Assembly: GCA_945873815.1 (NCBI GenBank)
Contig: CAMCEE010000003.1
Coordinates: 76,898-140,897, forward strand
Direction of reading: 5' to 3'
DNA from: an uncultured Bacillales bacterium
Lineage (GTDB): Bacteria; Bacillota_I; Bacilli_A; RFN20; CAG-449
Length of the DNA stretch: 64,000 nucleotides
Shown: positions 19,057-29,417 of the stretch, piece by piece
Layout of the letters: each line of letters starts with the position of its first letter
How positions within the stretch are numbered: the stretch's first letter is position 1
Position numbers and translations under genes: made by a program
The notes under the pieces: model-generated
What the model was told of the DNA's origin: nothing
Database searches by the model: none
The model's input: the letters and a program-made list of their open reading frames with translations, nothing else

Positions 19057-20206
19057 GATTATAAACCTCCAACATCCTTTCGTAGAATACATCCATCGAA
19101 TATTTTTTATTAGCTTCAAACGCATTTTCGATGATTTGCTTTTTCTTTTCTTCATCCATATTAATTATCTCTTCTAAACGAGAGGTAAATGTATAATCAT
19201 CACTGAAGAAGAAACCTGTTTTATTATCAGTTATTACTCCTTCTAAGTTCTCATCATATCGGCATAGTACTAATGTTTTTGAAGCCATTGATTCGATATA
19301 AGTTAATCCTTGAGTTTCCGTTACACTCGCGGAAATATAAAGATCTGCAAGAGCGTAATAGAAAGGAACTTCAGAATGAGGAACAGCCCCAATAAAAATC
19401 ACGTTTTCTGCAATACCTAATTCATAGGATAAATGAATCAAATTTTCTTTATCCGGACCATCACCTACTACAACTAATACCGTCTTCTTTTTAGGATTTT
19501 TCTTTAAATAATTGTTATAACCTTCTAAAATAACATCATTACTTTTTTCTGCTGCGACTCGACCTAGTGATAATAATATATACGTATCTTCTAAGTGATA
19601 TTTCTTCTTAAATTCATCAATTTTTTCTTTTGAAACTTTTGAAGAATCAAATTGTGATAAATCTATTCCATTAGGAATGACATTAATGTACCTATTTACA
19701 CCATAACTTCTAAGTGCATCTTTTGTTTTTTCGCTTGGTGTTGTAAATTCCGTGCATGCAGAAGAAATGATTTTTGTGAATTGTTTTACAATCGACTTTG
19801 CAGTTTGATCCATTATTCCATGTGTTGCATAATACGTATAATCAACAAGCATCGTATGATAAGTAGAAATAAGTGCAATACCAAAATTTGAAGCAATCAT
19901 TCTTCCATATATACCTACTAAAGCTTCTGTTTGAGTATGAATTACGTCTAAATTCCAAGAGCGTATTATCTTCGTTGCTTTTGGATGAAAAAGCCCTGCC
20001 ATTCGGTAATTATATAATTTCTTTAACATAATTCCTGGAATTCTTAATACCCCATCCTCATAAGTTAATTTATCAGAATATGGGTTAGTACAAACAACAT
20101 AGCAAGTATGACCATGTTCTCTAAATGTTTTAAATAGAGTATTCGTCGCAGTTGCAACTCCATTAATTTCTGGAATAAATGTATCAGTAAAAAAAGCAAT
20201 ATTCAT
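19034..20206 (-). CDS. GT4 glycosyltransferase, monoglucosyl-diacylglycerol synthase-like
   Basis: The N-terminus MNIAFFTDTFIPEINGV resembles Acholeplasma alMGS-type GT4 enzymes, and the C-terminal half has a GT4 fold. The start is taken at the MNIAFF Met, just after the upstream stop. Confidence 0.75.
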   Translation of the reverse strand: MNIAFFTDTFIPEINGVATATNTLFKTFREHGHTCYVVCTNPYSDKLTYEDGVLRIPGIMLKKLYNYRMAGLFHPKATKIIRSWNLDVIHTQTEALVGIYGRMIASNFGIALISTYHTMLVDYTYYATHGIMDQTAKSIVKQFTKIISSACTEFTTPSEKTKDALRSYGVNRYINVIPNGIDLSQFDSSKVSKEKIDEFKKKYHLEDTYILLSLGRVAAEKSNDVILEGYNNYLKKNPKKKTVLVVVGDGPDKENLIHLSYELGIAENVIFIGAVPHSEVPFYYALADLYISASVTETQGLTYIESMASKTLVLCRYDENLEGVITDNKTGFFFSDDYTFTSRLEEIINMDEEKKKQIIENAFEANKKYSMDVFYERMLEVYNRAIRKKW

Positions 20207-20207
20207 C

Positions 20208-21533
20208 TTATTTCTTCCCTTTATTTTCATCTTCTTGTTCAGATAAAGTTTGTTCGTTTTGTTTTAACTGATGAGATAAATCATTTTTTAATGCCGCAAA
20301 ATGTGCTTCAATATCTTCAACAGTTAATAATTGAGGTTCAATATGCATAATGCTTTTCTTCTCTTCAATAACCTCTCCTTTTTCCTCTTCAAGATGAATA
20401 ATATTAATCTCAAGCAAGGTTTTTGCATCTCCATGCAATGATGCTTTCTTTGGAGATTCATGGTAAGAAATAAAGATAATAAATCCAATTATTAAGCCAA
20501 GATAGAATGTAATTCCACGCCACATCAAGATTAAAGCTGAAATATCATTTGGTGTTGCATTAGTAAAGAAAGTTCCACCAAACATATAATTAAATACTAA
20601 TTCAGCACCTCCTGAAGCTCCAGGAATTGGAATCATCGCAGTAATAGTAGAAACTAGATTAGTCATAGAAGTAGTATCGATTAATGCAATAATTTGACTA
20701 CTCGAAGTAAACTCTAAATTCATTGCTCGTGCAATACAATATGGAACTGAACTAGTAAGTATCATTTTGAGAAGAAATAAAAAACTAGTAACTATCAATA
20801 CCGTTTTATTCTGTAAAAGTTTCTTCAATTCAATTCTAAATGTTTCAACTTTTGTATTGAGTTTTAATACTTGTTCATCTTTATTTTTAACAATATGTAA
20901 TTTTGCTAAAAGACCAATACCATATTTAATTAAAAAGTTATGGAATTTAGAAGAGAATGCTAAGAAGAATAAACCAACAATAACAAATGTATTAATCGCA
21001 AAGCCAACAAAAGCTAAAGAAATTATATCAAAATCAATTCCAAAAATAGGAATAACTTCTGTTAATCCACGCATTTCATTAAACTTAAATATCATAACTG
21101 CTCCACCAAAAAGAACTAAAACAATTTGGTAAAGAATAAAATGCATAAAAAGAATAGATGCAGCATTTGTAATTTTTACTCCTTGTTTAGAGAAAGTGTA
21201 TGCTTGAGCAAATTGTCCACCAGAATTACTAGGAGTGATACCTGAAAAGAAAACACCTATCATAGAATTAAGAACACCTTTATAGAAAGGATAATTTCTC
21301 TTATACATTCTTGTTAAAATTGTTATTATTAATCCTTCGATTAAGAATGTGAAAATCACAACTCCAATTGCAGCTAATATCCAAACAATATTACAATTTT
21401 TCATTGCATCAAATACTGCTTGAGGATCATTTTTCAAAATAAAATAAACTGCAATTCCAGTCACAATCACTAGAATACCAATATATATGAAATACTTTCT
21501 AACAGTCTTGGACATTAATTCCTCCTTATGCAC
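20208..21533 (-). CDS. Flippase-like membrane protein (lysylphosphatidylglycerol-synthase TM-region / UPF0104 family) with a charged C-terminal tail
   Basis: It has at least 8 TM helices and the conserved GGQFAQAY region. The ~90-aa acidic/basic C-terminal extension fits the gene's position next to glycolipid GTs. Confidence 0.7.
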   Translation of the reverse strand: MHKEELMSKTVRKYFIYIGILVIVTGIAVYFILKNDPQAVFDAMKNCNIVWILAAIGVVIFTFLIEGLIITILTRMYKRNYPFYKGVLNSMIGVFFSGITPSNSGGQFAQAYTFSKQGVKITNAASILFMHFILYQIVLVLFGGAVMIFKFNEMRGLTEVIPIFGIDFDIISLAFVGFAINTFVIVGLFFLAFSSKFHNFLIKYGIGLLAKLHIVKNKDEQVLKLNTKVETFRIELKKLLQNKTVLIVTSFLFLLKMILTSSVPYCIARAMNLEFTSSSQIIALIDTTSMTNLVSTITAMIPIPGASGGAELVFNYMFGGTFFTNATPNDISALILMWRGITFYLGLIIGFIIFISYHESPKKASLHGDAKTLLEINIIHLEEEKGEVIEEKKSIMHIEPQLLTVEDIEAHFAALKNDLSHQLKQNEQTLSEQEDENKGKK

Positions 21534-21684
21534 TTAAGATTTTACCAAAGGTAATTTTTATATTCAATACGAAATTAGTAGATTATCCATCTTCTCAAAT
21601 TGTGAGAATTGAATTATTTACATATTTGAGATGCATATAAAAAGAAATGTTATATAATGGGAATAGAATAATTTGGAGGTACTT

Positions 21685-22692
21685 ATGAAAGTATTATTAT
21701 ATGAACAAAATGCAAATATGCAAAAAAAATCCGGCATTGGTAGAGCTCTAAGACACCAAAAAAAGGCACTGGAACTAAATGGAATTGAAACAACGTTCAA
21801 TCCTAAAGACACATACGATTTTGTTCATATTAATTCCTCTTTTAGTAAATCTTATCGATTTGTAAAAAAATTAAACAAAAAAGGAATTCCTTGTGTTGTA
21901 CACGGACATTCAACATATGAAGATTTCCGAGAATCTTTTAGATTATGGCGTTTTATTGAGCCTTGGTTTGATAGAAATTTAACAAAAATCTATGGAGAAG
22001 CAAAGATGATTATTACTCCGACCCCTTACTCAAAAAAGCTCATTGAAAACTATGAATGCACAAAATGTCCTGTTGAAGCAATATCAAATGGAATAGATTT
22101 AGATGAGTATGCTTATGATTTAGAAAAGATTAACGCATTTAAGAATCATTTCAAGATAAAAGAAGGTCAAAAAGTTGTAATTGGAATTGGTTTATTATTT
22201 AAAAGAAAAGGGCTTCACGATTTTATCGAAGTTGCAAGAAGAATGCCAAATATTACTTTCATCTGGTTTGGAGCCTTAAATAGTATCTTAGTTACACATG
22301 AGATAAATAAAGCTATTCTTCATCGTCCAAAAAATGTCATTATGGCAGGTTACATTGATGGAGCAATAATTAAAGGAGCAATGCAAGGGGCTGATTGCTT
22401 TTTCTTCCCAAGTTATGAAGAAACAGAAGGAATAGTAGTATTAGAAGCATTAGCTTCAAGAGTTCCATTACTAGTTCGTGATATTCCAGTTTATAATGGA
22501 TGGCTAGAAAACAATAAAAACTGTTATATGGCTAATAACAATGACGAATTCATCGAGAAAATTAATTTTATTTTAGAAAATAATAACTCGGAAATAATTG
22601 AAAATGGTTTTAAAGTTGCTGAAGAAAGAAATCTCAAAACCATAGGTAAGTCATTGATAGAAACATATAAAAGAATTATCGAAAAAAAATAA
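21685..22692 (+). CDS. GT4 glycosyltransferase (candidate second glycolipid glycosyltransferase)
   Basis: The GT4 C-terminal fold is present, including an EGIVVLEALA-type motif. GGAGG lies 5 nt upstream of the ATG at 21685. The track ORF uses an upstream TTG. Confidence 0.8.
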   Translation: MKVLLYEQNANMQKKSGIGRALRHQKKALELNGIETTFNPKDTYDFVHINSSFSKSYRFVKKLNKKGIPCVVHGHSTYEDFRESFRLWRFIEPWFDRNLTKIYGEAKMIITPTPYSKKLIENYECTKCPVEAISNGIDLDEYAYDLEKINAFKNHFKIKEGQKVVIGIGLLFKRKGLHDFIEVARRMPNITFIWFGALNSILVTHEINKAILHRPKNVIMAGYIDGAIIKGAMQGADCFFFPSYEETEGIVVLEALASRVPLLVRDIPVYNGWLENNKNCYMANNNDEFIEKINFILENNNSEIIENGFKVAEERNLKTIGKSLIETYKRIIEKK

Positions 22693-22700
22693 TTGCATAT

Positions 22701-22746
22701 AAAAAGTTGGCTTAATCATTTAGATATGCCAACTTTGTTTTTTTAG
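22701..22746. terminator. Bidirectional rho-independent terminator
   Basis: A 9-bp stem AAAGTTGGC/GCCAACTTT is flanked by an A-run upstream and T7 downstream. It sits between a convergent gene pair. Confidence 0.6.
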
Positions 22747-23348
22747 AAGCTTACTTTTGGAGCATTTTCTCTTACTTCATCAGTAGTCTTGAAGTATTCT
22801 CTTTCTTTGAATCCAAACATATTTGCAATGATGACATTTGGGAATACAGCACGCAAATTGTTAAAAGATAATACAACATCATTATAGAATTGACGTTGAT
22901 ATGCAATTTTGTCTTCGCAATCTTTTAAATCTTCTTGAAGTTTCAAGAAATGCGAATCAGCTTTTATTTCTGGATATTCTTCTTTTACAGCATTTACAAA
23001 AACATTTAATGCTTTTGTTAATTCTGAATCTGCTTTTGCAACTCCTTCAGCTGATTGAGCTTTAGAAGCATCTGCATATGTTTGTCTTGCTTTTGCAAAA
23101 GCGCCGAAAATATCAGATTCATGTTTTGCATAACCTTTTACTGTTTCTACTAGATTTGGAATTAAATCAAATCTTCTCTTTACTTGAACATCGATTTGAG
23201 CCCATTGGTTATCCACTCTATTTTTTGCTTTTACTAACTTGTTATAGCAATTAATAATCGCAGCAACAAGAATGATAATTAATAGAACAACAACTGCAGC
23301 AATAACAATACCAACTATTGCACCTGTACTTAATAAAAACTTAATCAT
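22743..23348 (-). CDS. LemA family protein
   Basis: It has an N-terminal TM helix and the conserved LemA core (NRVDNQWAQIDVQVKRRFDLIPNLVETVKGYA). Confidence 0.85.
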   Translation of the reverse strand: MIKFLLSTGAIVGIVIAAVVVLLIIILVAAIINCYNKLVKAKNRVDNQWAQIDVQVKRRFDLIPNLVETVKGYAKHESDIFGAFAKARQTYADASKAQSAEGVAKADSELTKALNVFVNAVKEEYPEIKADSHFLKLQEDLKDCEDKIAYQRQFYNDVVLSFNNLRAVFPNVIIANMFGFKEREYFKTTDEVRENAPKVSF

Positions 23349-23411
23349 TTTCTTTTCCTCCTATAATAATTTTAGCACAATTTTTTACTATATAGATAGT
23401 AATTTATATTT

Positions 23412-25448
23412 TTAACGGAATGAGCCGCCTCTTCCACCGCCACCAAACGATGAACCGCCTCCGAATCCACCACTTCTACCGCCTGATTTAGACATTTCTG
23501 CTGCTTTAGCTTTAGCGATAGTTTGCATACCGATTGCTTGGTTCATATGCATTCTATGGCAAATATGATAATGAGTATGATAATAGAAGAAAGGGTTCAT
23601 TTCAAATTCTGCATCTCTATTCATTTGTTTATATTTCATTCTCAATTGTTTTTCAACTAAATCAGCAATACCAAATGCTGTTGCATAAACCATATATTCT
23701 TCCCAAACAATTAAACTAGGGATTGGATAATCTTCAAAATGTGAGAATTCTTGTAAGAATTTATTAAATGCTTTCCACTTAGAGTATTCTTCAATTCCTT
23801 CTTCTGATTTTCTTTTAATGGTTGGGAGATATAAAATTCCAAAAATAGATACGCCAATAAGAAGAGAAGCTATTAACACAGTTACATACGATAAATAATA
23901 TGCAGTAATGTATCCACAACCAATAAGTGCAAGAACTATACCAAATACGAATAATCCTGCGTATGCCTTTGGTGATTTAATCTTATCAAACCATTTAAAT
24001 TTGCTTCCTTCTTTTATCGTTAGATTATTCCATATTCTATTACAATCATTATACTTTTCAGCATTAGACGATTTTTTCATATACTCATCCATTTCATTAA
24101 AGGAAATTCTATTTTCTCCCTTAGCCATCACATCGAATAACCATTTCAATAAATATTTTTCTGATTCCAATAATTCATCTTCGCTTTTTTCTTCACGAAT
24201 CATAATATAATTTGGTTTTTCATCAGTTAATAAACAATTATTTGTATCAATAGTAATATATCCTTTTCTAATCAAATCCATAATTTGTGCATTCAAAGCA
24301 TCTTTTGTAATCGATTGTTCATTATAAAGATATACCATTGCTGCAGGTCCATATTTTCCAGGTAATTCACGATAATACTCATCTTGGAATAAAGGAATTC
24401 TTTCCTTATCATACTTAAAGTATGAGTATATGATCAATGAAAGGAATAATACTAAACCTCCTACACCTATTACATATGAACATATTTGAGCAGTATTATG
24501 CTTATTATAATATTCTTGTTCCTCTGCAAAAGCTTTATTTATTATATTAGAAATTTTATTGATTCCATTTGAAGTACTAGTAGAACTTGCTTTTACATTT
24601 GGGAATAAATCACAGACCGAATTGTTAAATGCTGTTAATATCTCAATTTCATCACGAGAACTATTTTTAAGTTTTGATGCATAGCAAACAATTTGAGTAG
24701 GTGTCAATTTTGTATATTTTGCATAATTCGTTCCAAACCCGATTGAAGTCATTCCTTGTTCGAGAAATTGTTCATTTGATACATTCTCACCATATGCGCT
24801 AGCTTCACTTGGGAAATTAACAGTAACTGTAACATTCTTTGTAAGAGCTTCATCATATGTGCCTGCAAATTTCCAGTTTAACACAGTGTAATCATTATAT
24901 TTTGACACCGCATTTTCAATGATATATGAATATTTAATAACTAACCCTTCTGAAGGTAATCCTGCAGGAATATAGATAAATGTCTTATCATATCCTCCTT
25001 CTTTTGTTAATTTATGTCCTCGTTCATCATAATACGCTTGTTCTCCCCACGTATATCCATATGCAACACCATTAACAAGACTATTCACAGGAATCATTTC
25101 AGTAACTTCATTCAACCTTTTATTTCCATTGACTAAAACACTACAAGTAAATGAGTCTTCTTTTAAATATGCTTTATCATCTGAATCAATTGCAGTTGAA
25201 CTACCATCTTTACTGAATTTAAATTTACTTTCACATACTCTAACTGTATCCGAATAATTGAAGAAATGTAATTCTTCTTCAATTTTCATACTACCATCTT
25301 TATTAACAGTTGCATTAATATTCCATTTGTTAAATCCTAAACTTTCATCCTCAATGTCATCAGCATTTCTTAATAAAGAAACCACACCAAAGGATATAGC
25401 AGTAATGATCAACGAAGCCAAAATCCTTCCTTTTGTTTTTAATGCCAT
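23412..25448 (-). CDS. DUF2207 family membrane protein (LemA-associated) with a Gly-rich C-terminal tail
   Basis: It has a signal peptide, a large exported domain, central TM helices and a C-terminal GGRSGGFGGGSSFGGGGRGG tail typical of DUF2207. Confidence 0.7.
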   Translation of the reverse strand: MALKTKGRILASLIITAISFGVVSLLRNADDIEDESLGFNKWNINATVNKDGSMKIEEELHFFNYSDTVRVCESKFKFSKDGSSTAIDSDDKAYLKEDSFTCSVLVNGNKRLNEVTEMIPVNSLVNGVAYGYTWGEQAYYDERGHKLTKEGGYDKTFIYIPAGLPSEGLVIKYSYIIENAVSKYNDYTVLNWKFAGTYDEALTKNVTVTVNFPSEASAYGENVSNEQFLEQGMTSIGFGTNYAKYTKLTPTQIVCYASKLKNSSRDEIEILTAFNNSVCDLFPNVKASSTSTSNGINKISNIINKAFAEEQEYYNKHNTAQICSYVIGVGGLVLFLSLIIYSYFKYDKERIPLFQDEYYRELPGKYGPAAMVYLYNEQSITKDALNAQIMDLIRKGYITIDTNNCLLTDEKPNYIMIREEKSEDELLESEKYLLKWLFDVMAKGENRISFNEMDEYMKKSSNAEKYNDCNRIWNNLTIKEGSKFKWFDKIKSPKAYAGLFVFGIVLALIGCGYITAYYLSYVTVLIASLLIGVSIFGILYLPTIKRKSEEGIEEYSKWKAFNKFLQEFSHFEDYPIPSLIVWEEYMVYATAFGIADLVEKQLRMKYKQMNRDAEFEMNPFFYYHTHYHICHRMHMNQAIGMQTIAKAKAAEMSKSGGRSGGFGGGSSFGGGGRGGSFR

Positions 25449-25482
25449 AATTTTTTCTCCTATCTATTAAGATTATACAATA

Positions 25483-26850
25483 TTATTTACTTACTTTGTT
25501 AAACTTTAATTCCTTTTCATATGTTTTATGGTTATTAGTTTTCCAAATACCAATAAAATAAATAATCATCAACATTACATCCTCAATTACCCAAGCTAAT
25601 GCTAGTCCCCAATAAATATTATCTATAAGATTAACTGTAGGAATTAAATACGATAATAAAATACGAGCTATTGAAAATACAATCGTTGAAAACAAAACAC
25701 TTTTAACAGCACCTACTGATTTATAAAACGAATGCATTAAATTACCTAAAGCACTAAACGCCAAAAATGGGATGCAAATATAAGCAAATTGCGTCGCATA
25801 TGGTAAGCAAGAAACATCATTGTCTCTCATAAAAATTGAGAATATTGGATTTGCAAATACGATACAAATAATAGTTAACGGTGCAACAAAACAAAGCTGT
25901 TGAATAAATCCAATGAAAACTCCTTTTTTATAGTTATTATATTGTTTTGCACCTTTACTTTGTGCAACGTAAGCAGAAACTGCTCTTGAGATATTATGAT
26001 ATATTGCATTTAAGAAAGTATTGACATTCATCGCAATCGCATATCCACCCGAAACTTGCTTTCCCATATTATTAATCAATGGTTGAACAACAACGCTAGA
26101 GAAATATAAAGAGCATTGTTGTAATATGCAAGGAAGTGCCAGTTTAGACACTTTTTTTAGTTCAAAAAAAGAGAATTCTAAGCGATAATTTCCGCCCAAT
26201 TTCTTTATGTAAACAAGAATTCTAATCACTCCCATAATCAATGAAATCAAGCAAGATAAAATGGAAGCGTATGCTAAACCATTGATTCCCATATTAAATG
26301 TAATAACAAATAAAAGATTTAACCCGATATTTCCAAGTCCAGATACTAAAGTCATAGCCATAGGATAAAGCGAATCACCTAAACTTTGTAATGTGCAAGT
26401 CCAAATATAAGTTAATGCTTGTATGAATAAAGAAACCATAAAGATTCTAAAATAAGAATTCGCTGCTTCAAATATTTCTTCATCGACTTTAAGTAAAACA
26501 AGAGTTTGACGAGAAAAAATAATAAATCCAACACATAATAATGCCATTAATCCAGAAACAAATATAGAAACAGTTTTAATAACAACTGGTATTCTTTCAT
26601 ATTGTTTCGAGCCATATAGTTTTCCAACTATCGCAGAAACAGCTACGCCAAATCCCCAAAATAAAGAAGACAAAAATTGTATTAAAGTCGAAGTGCATCC
26701 CGTTGCAGATAATGCATCTGAACCAATGAAATTCCCTGCCACTATCAAATCTATCAAATTATATGATTGAGCAACAACTCCTGCAATAATAAGTGGTATC
26801 GCAAATCTAAACAAAATAAGGAAAGTGTTACCTTTAGTCAAATCCTTCAT
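25483..26850 (-). CDS. MATE family efflux transporter
   Basis: It has 12 predicted TM helices, a MATE N-terminal signature (FAIPLIIAGVVAQSYNLIDLIVAGNFIGSDALSA) and is 455 aa. Confidence 0.85.
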   Translation of the reverse strand: MKDLTKGNTFLILFRFAIPLIIAGVVAQSYNLIDLIVAGNFIGSDALSATGCTSTLIQFLSSLFWGFGVAVSAIVGKLYGSKQYERIPVVIKTVSIFVSGLMALLCVGFIIFSRQTLVLLKVDEEIFEAANSYFRIFMVSLFIQALTYIWTCTLQSLGDSLYPMAMTLVSGLGNIGLNLLFVITFNMGINGLAYASILSCLISLIMGVIRILVYIKKLGGNYRLEFSFFELKKVSKLALPCILQQCSLYFSSVVVQPLINNMGKQVSGGYAIAMNVNTFLNAIYHNISRAVSAYVAQSKGAKQYNNYKKGVFIGFIQQLCFVAPLTIICIVFANPIFSIFMRDNDVSCLPYATQFAYICIPFLAFSALGNLMHSFYKSVGAVKSVLFSTIVFSIARILLSYLIPTVNLIDNIYWGLALAWVIEDVMLMIIYFIGIWKTNNHKTYEKELKFNKVSK

Positions 26851-26914
26851 TTTTCATCTCCTAAAATCAACAAATGATATTCTAATAACAACACATTCAT
26901 ATTTCAATCATTTT

Positions 26915-27814
26915 TCAAATTCTAGAATAAATAAATGAAAAAACACCTTTAAATTCGGCTTTTTTATTTGCTGGAATAAAAAAAGTATCTCCTTTTTTAC
27001 AATCTATATCATTCACTTTTCCTTCTCCTTCAATTACAGTAAAAGTAATAAAAGAATCTGCAAAAGCCCTCAATTCTTTCATTGAAGAATCTCCTAATGA
27101 AGAGATGAAATATTTACATTCTGCCAAAACATTATTTGAAAAAATAATAGGATTATATTTTTTAAGATTAATAACATTCAAAGCCTTATCGATATGCAAT
27201 TCTCTTTTATGTCCATTCTTATCTACACGATCATAATCATAGAGTCGATACGTAAGGTTTGATGATTGTTGTATTTCTATTAGAGTGACTCCTTTTCCTA
27301 TCGCATGAATAGTTCCAGCTTCAATAAAATACATGTCACCTTTTTTTACTTTAAAGAAATTTAGTTTTTCTAGAAGAGTACCATCTTTTAAGGATTTCTC
27401 TACATCATTAATATTCTCATCTTTTTTAAATCCAACATATAATCCAGCATTTTCTTCCGCTTCAAGAACATACCACATCTCTGTTTTTCCAAATGAACCC
27501 TCGTTTTTTAAGGCGTAATCATCACTAGGATGAACTTGAATGGAGAGATTTTCTTTTGCATCAATTAACTTAACAAGTAGTGGAAAGAAAGGAAAATCAT
27601 TGATTCTATTTCCAAGATCTTCCTTTGAGGCAACTTCTTTTAATGGTAATCCATCATAATTACCTCCATCAATAAGAGATAATCCATCAGGATGGAAGGA
27701 TAATTCCCAACTTTCTGCAATCACTGGTTTAGAAGAAAACTTACCCCACTTAAAAAGTTTATTTCCGCCCCATATATAATCCTTTACTGCCGGCTTAAGT
27801 TTTACAACATCCAT
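26915..27814 (-). CDS. manA: Mannose-6-phosphate isomerase, class I
   Basis: The PMI type I motifs are present (YIWGG; QVHP zinc-ligand region). An AAAGGAGA RBS precedes the MDVVKL start at 27814. Confidence 0.8.
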   Translation of the reverse strand: MDVVKLKPAVKDYIWGGNKLFKWGKFSSKPVIAESWELSFHPDGLSLIDGGNYDGLPLKEVASKEDLGNRINDFPFFPLLVKLIDAKENLSIQVHPSDDYALKNEGSFGKTEMWYVLEAEENAGLYVGFKKDENINDVEKSLKDGTLLEKLNFFKVKKGDMYFIEAGTIHAIGKGVTLIEIQQSSNLTYRLYDYDRVDKNGHKRELHIDKALNVINLKKYNPIIFSNNVLAECKYFISSLGDSSMKELRAFADSFITFTVIEGEGKVNDIDCKKGDTFFIPANKKAEFKGVFSFIYSRI

Positions 27815-27827
27815 ATAATCTCCTTTT

Positions 27828-29417
27828 CTAATCAATATTTTGAATATTCGTATTACAAATCTTTTTATACATTAATATTGTACAAATAATTAATGCCAAT
27901 GAGAATGAAAACAAATAGATTGTGTTAAATGGACCTTTAAGTGCAAAACATGGTATTGCATATGCAGCAAGAATTAACATTGAAAACAACATCATAAATC
28001 CAACGGACTTAGATTGCTTGCAAGCTTCTGCTTCATTTGTCCAATTTAAATAAGGATATTTTAAATTCATCCAAAGTCCAAATACTGCAGAGAAGAATAC
28101 TCCAACAAATGGAACTAATACGACAAATACGTAATCCAACCAATTGCCAGTTTTTAAAAACACGCAATTAATTATTGTTGAAATTAGAAAGAAAGGTAAT
28201 ACAACAATGAGATTAGTGATAATCTTACTATTCATCACATCCTTGGTCTTAACTGGTAATGACTTTAAAATCCACCAATTCTTTCCTTCGATAGATATGG
28301 AACATGAAGTTGGAGAATTAAGGAAGATTGCAAATCCCATAGCAAATGCAATAACTCTTCCTGATAAATCACCTACTCCCATCGAATCAAGATTAGGAAG
28401 AATATTTGTAAAAGGAATCACTATTGCAAAAATAACTGATAGAATATATCCAAAGCAAGAGTTAACTAAATATAACGAACTAGATAATAGTCTTTTTATG
28501 TCTCTTTTAACTAAAGCAAATAAAGTAGATGATACATTTGTTTCTTTAATCTCTTTTGCTTTTGTTTTTCTTGTCGCATTAAGGTTTTGACAAAGAGGAA
28601 CGAATTTCCATGATGCGAAGAAAGCAACAACTGCAAAAGGAACAACTTCAATAAGTATGCAATATAATAAATCAAGAAGAGAACCATCAACCATTGAATT
28701 TTGAACAAACTTACCTACAATAAAATACTTATTTATTGAATCTGTCGCTTGAATAATCATTGTTCCAAGTCCTTCAATTTCTTCTGGAGTTTCATTTGGC
28801 ATAATGAATGATAATACTAATACCCCAACTAAGAATACAACCATCAATATCGTTCTAAAAACATTTTTATGTGGGATTTTAGATACTATTAAGGTTAGTA
28901 ACGTTCCAAATAAAATCGAAACTGCAATTGCTAGTAAAGGCATTAAAATCACTTGAAGTAATAGCATTCCGTAATATCCTATGCCTGCAGAAAGATTTAT
29001 TCCACCAATTATCATTGCAGGCAAATAAAATACTAATGCAGAGATTACGCTAGTAATATAAATATTTATAAAACGTGAAATAACAATCTCTATTGGTCTA
29101 ACAGGTAACGGAGCTAAGCGTTCATAACTCTTCAAATTAAATAAGACATTACCCGCTTTTAATATTGTTGTGAATACTACTAAAACAAAACCAATCAAAG
29201 TGAACATAGAAGGTATGCTTGAAGCTGCTCCTACATCGCACATGATTGTTGCATACATAAATGAATAAAAGCCAAATACGATGTAAAGAATAAGATAAGC
29301 AAAGAAAAATCCAAAAGTTTTCGATTTTTCTTTTTTATCATTACTATGTCTAAGTTGATTAATTCCAAAAAGATTACATATTTCAAGTTTTGTAATTAAC
29401 CAAATTCTATTTAACAT
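27828..29417 (-). CDS. Polytopic membrane protein, probable ABC exporter permease partner
   Basis: It is 529 aa with more than 10 TM helices and overlaps by 11 nt the upstream ABC ATPase gene. Confidence 0.55.
   Translation of the reverse strand: MLNRIWLITKLEICNLFGINQLRHSNDKKEKSKTFGFFFAYLILYIVFGFYSFMYATIMCDVGAASSIPSMFTLIGFVLVVFTTILKAGNVLFNLKSYERLAPLPVRPIEIVISRFINIYITSVISALVFYLPAMIIGGINLSAGIGYYGMLLLQVILMPLLAIAVSILFGTLLTLIVSKIPHKNVFRTILMVVFLVGVLVLSFIMPNETPEEIEGLGTMIIQATDSINKYFIVGKFVQNSMVDGSLLDLLYCILIEVVPFAVVAFFASWKFVPLCQNLNATRKTKAKEIKETNVSSTLFALVKRDIKRLLSSSLYLVNSCFGYILSVIFAIVIPFTNILPNLDSMGVGDLSGRVIAFAMGFAIFLNSPTSCSISIEGKNWWILKSLPVKTKDVMNSKIITNLIVVLPFFLISTIINCVFLKTGNWLDYVFVVLVPFVGVFFSAVFGLWMNLKYPYLNWTNEAEACKQSKSVGFMMLFSMLILAAYAIPCFALKGPFNTIYLFSFSLALIICTILMYKKICNTNIQNID

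Noticed and set aside
20217-20231. A possible in-frame stop or homopolymer-length problem at the 5' end of the MGS-like GT gene. My hand translation of the printed T-run gives MKIKGKK-stop, whereas the ORF track reads MKIKGRNKMNIAFF.
   Set aside because: I cannot resolve a one-nucleotide homopolymer count by eye, and both readings keep the MNIAFF Met at 20206 in frame with the stop at 19034. The gene call is unaffected, so it is not reported as a frameshift or pseudogene.
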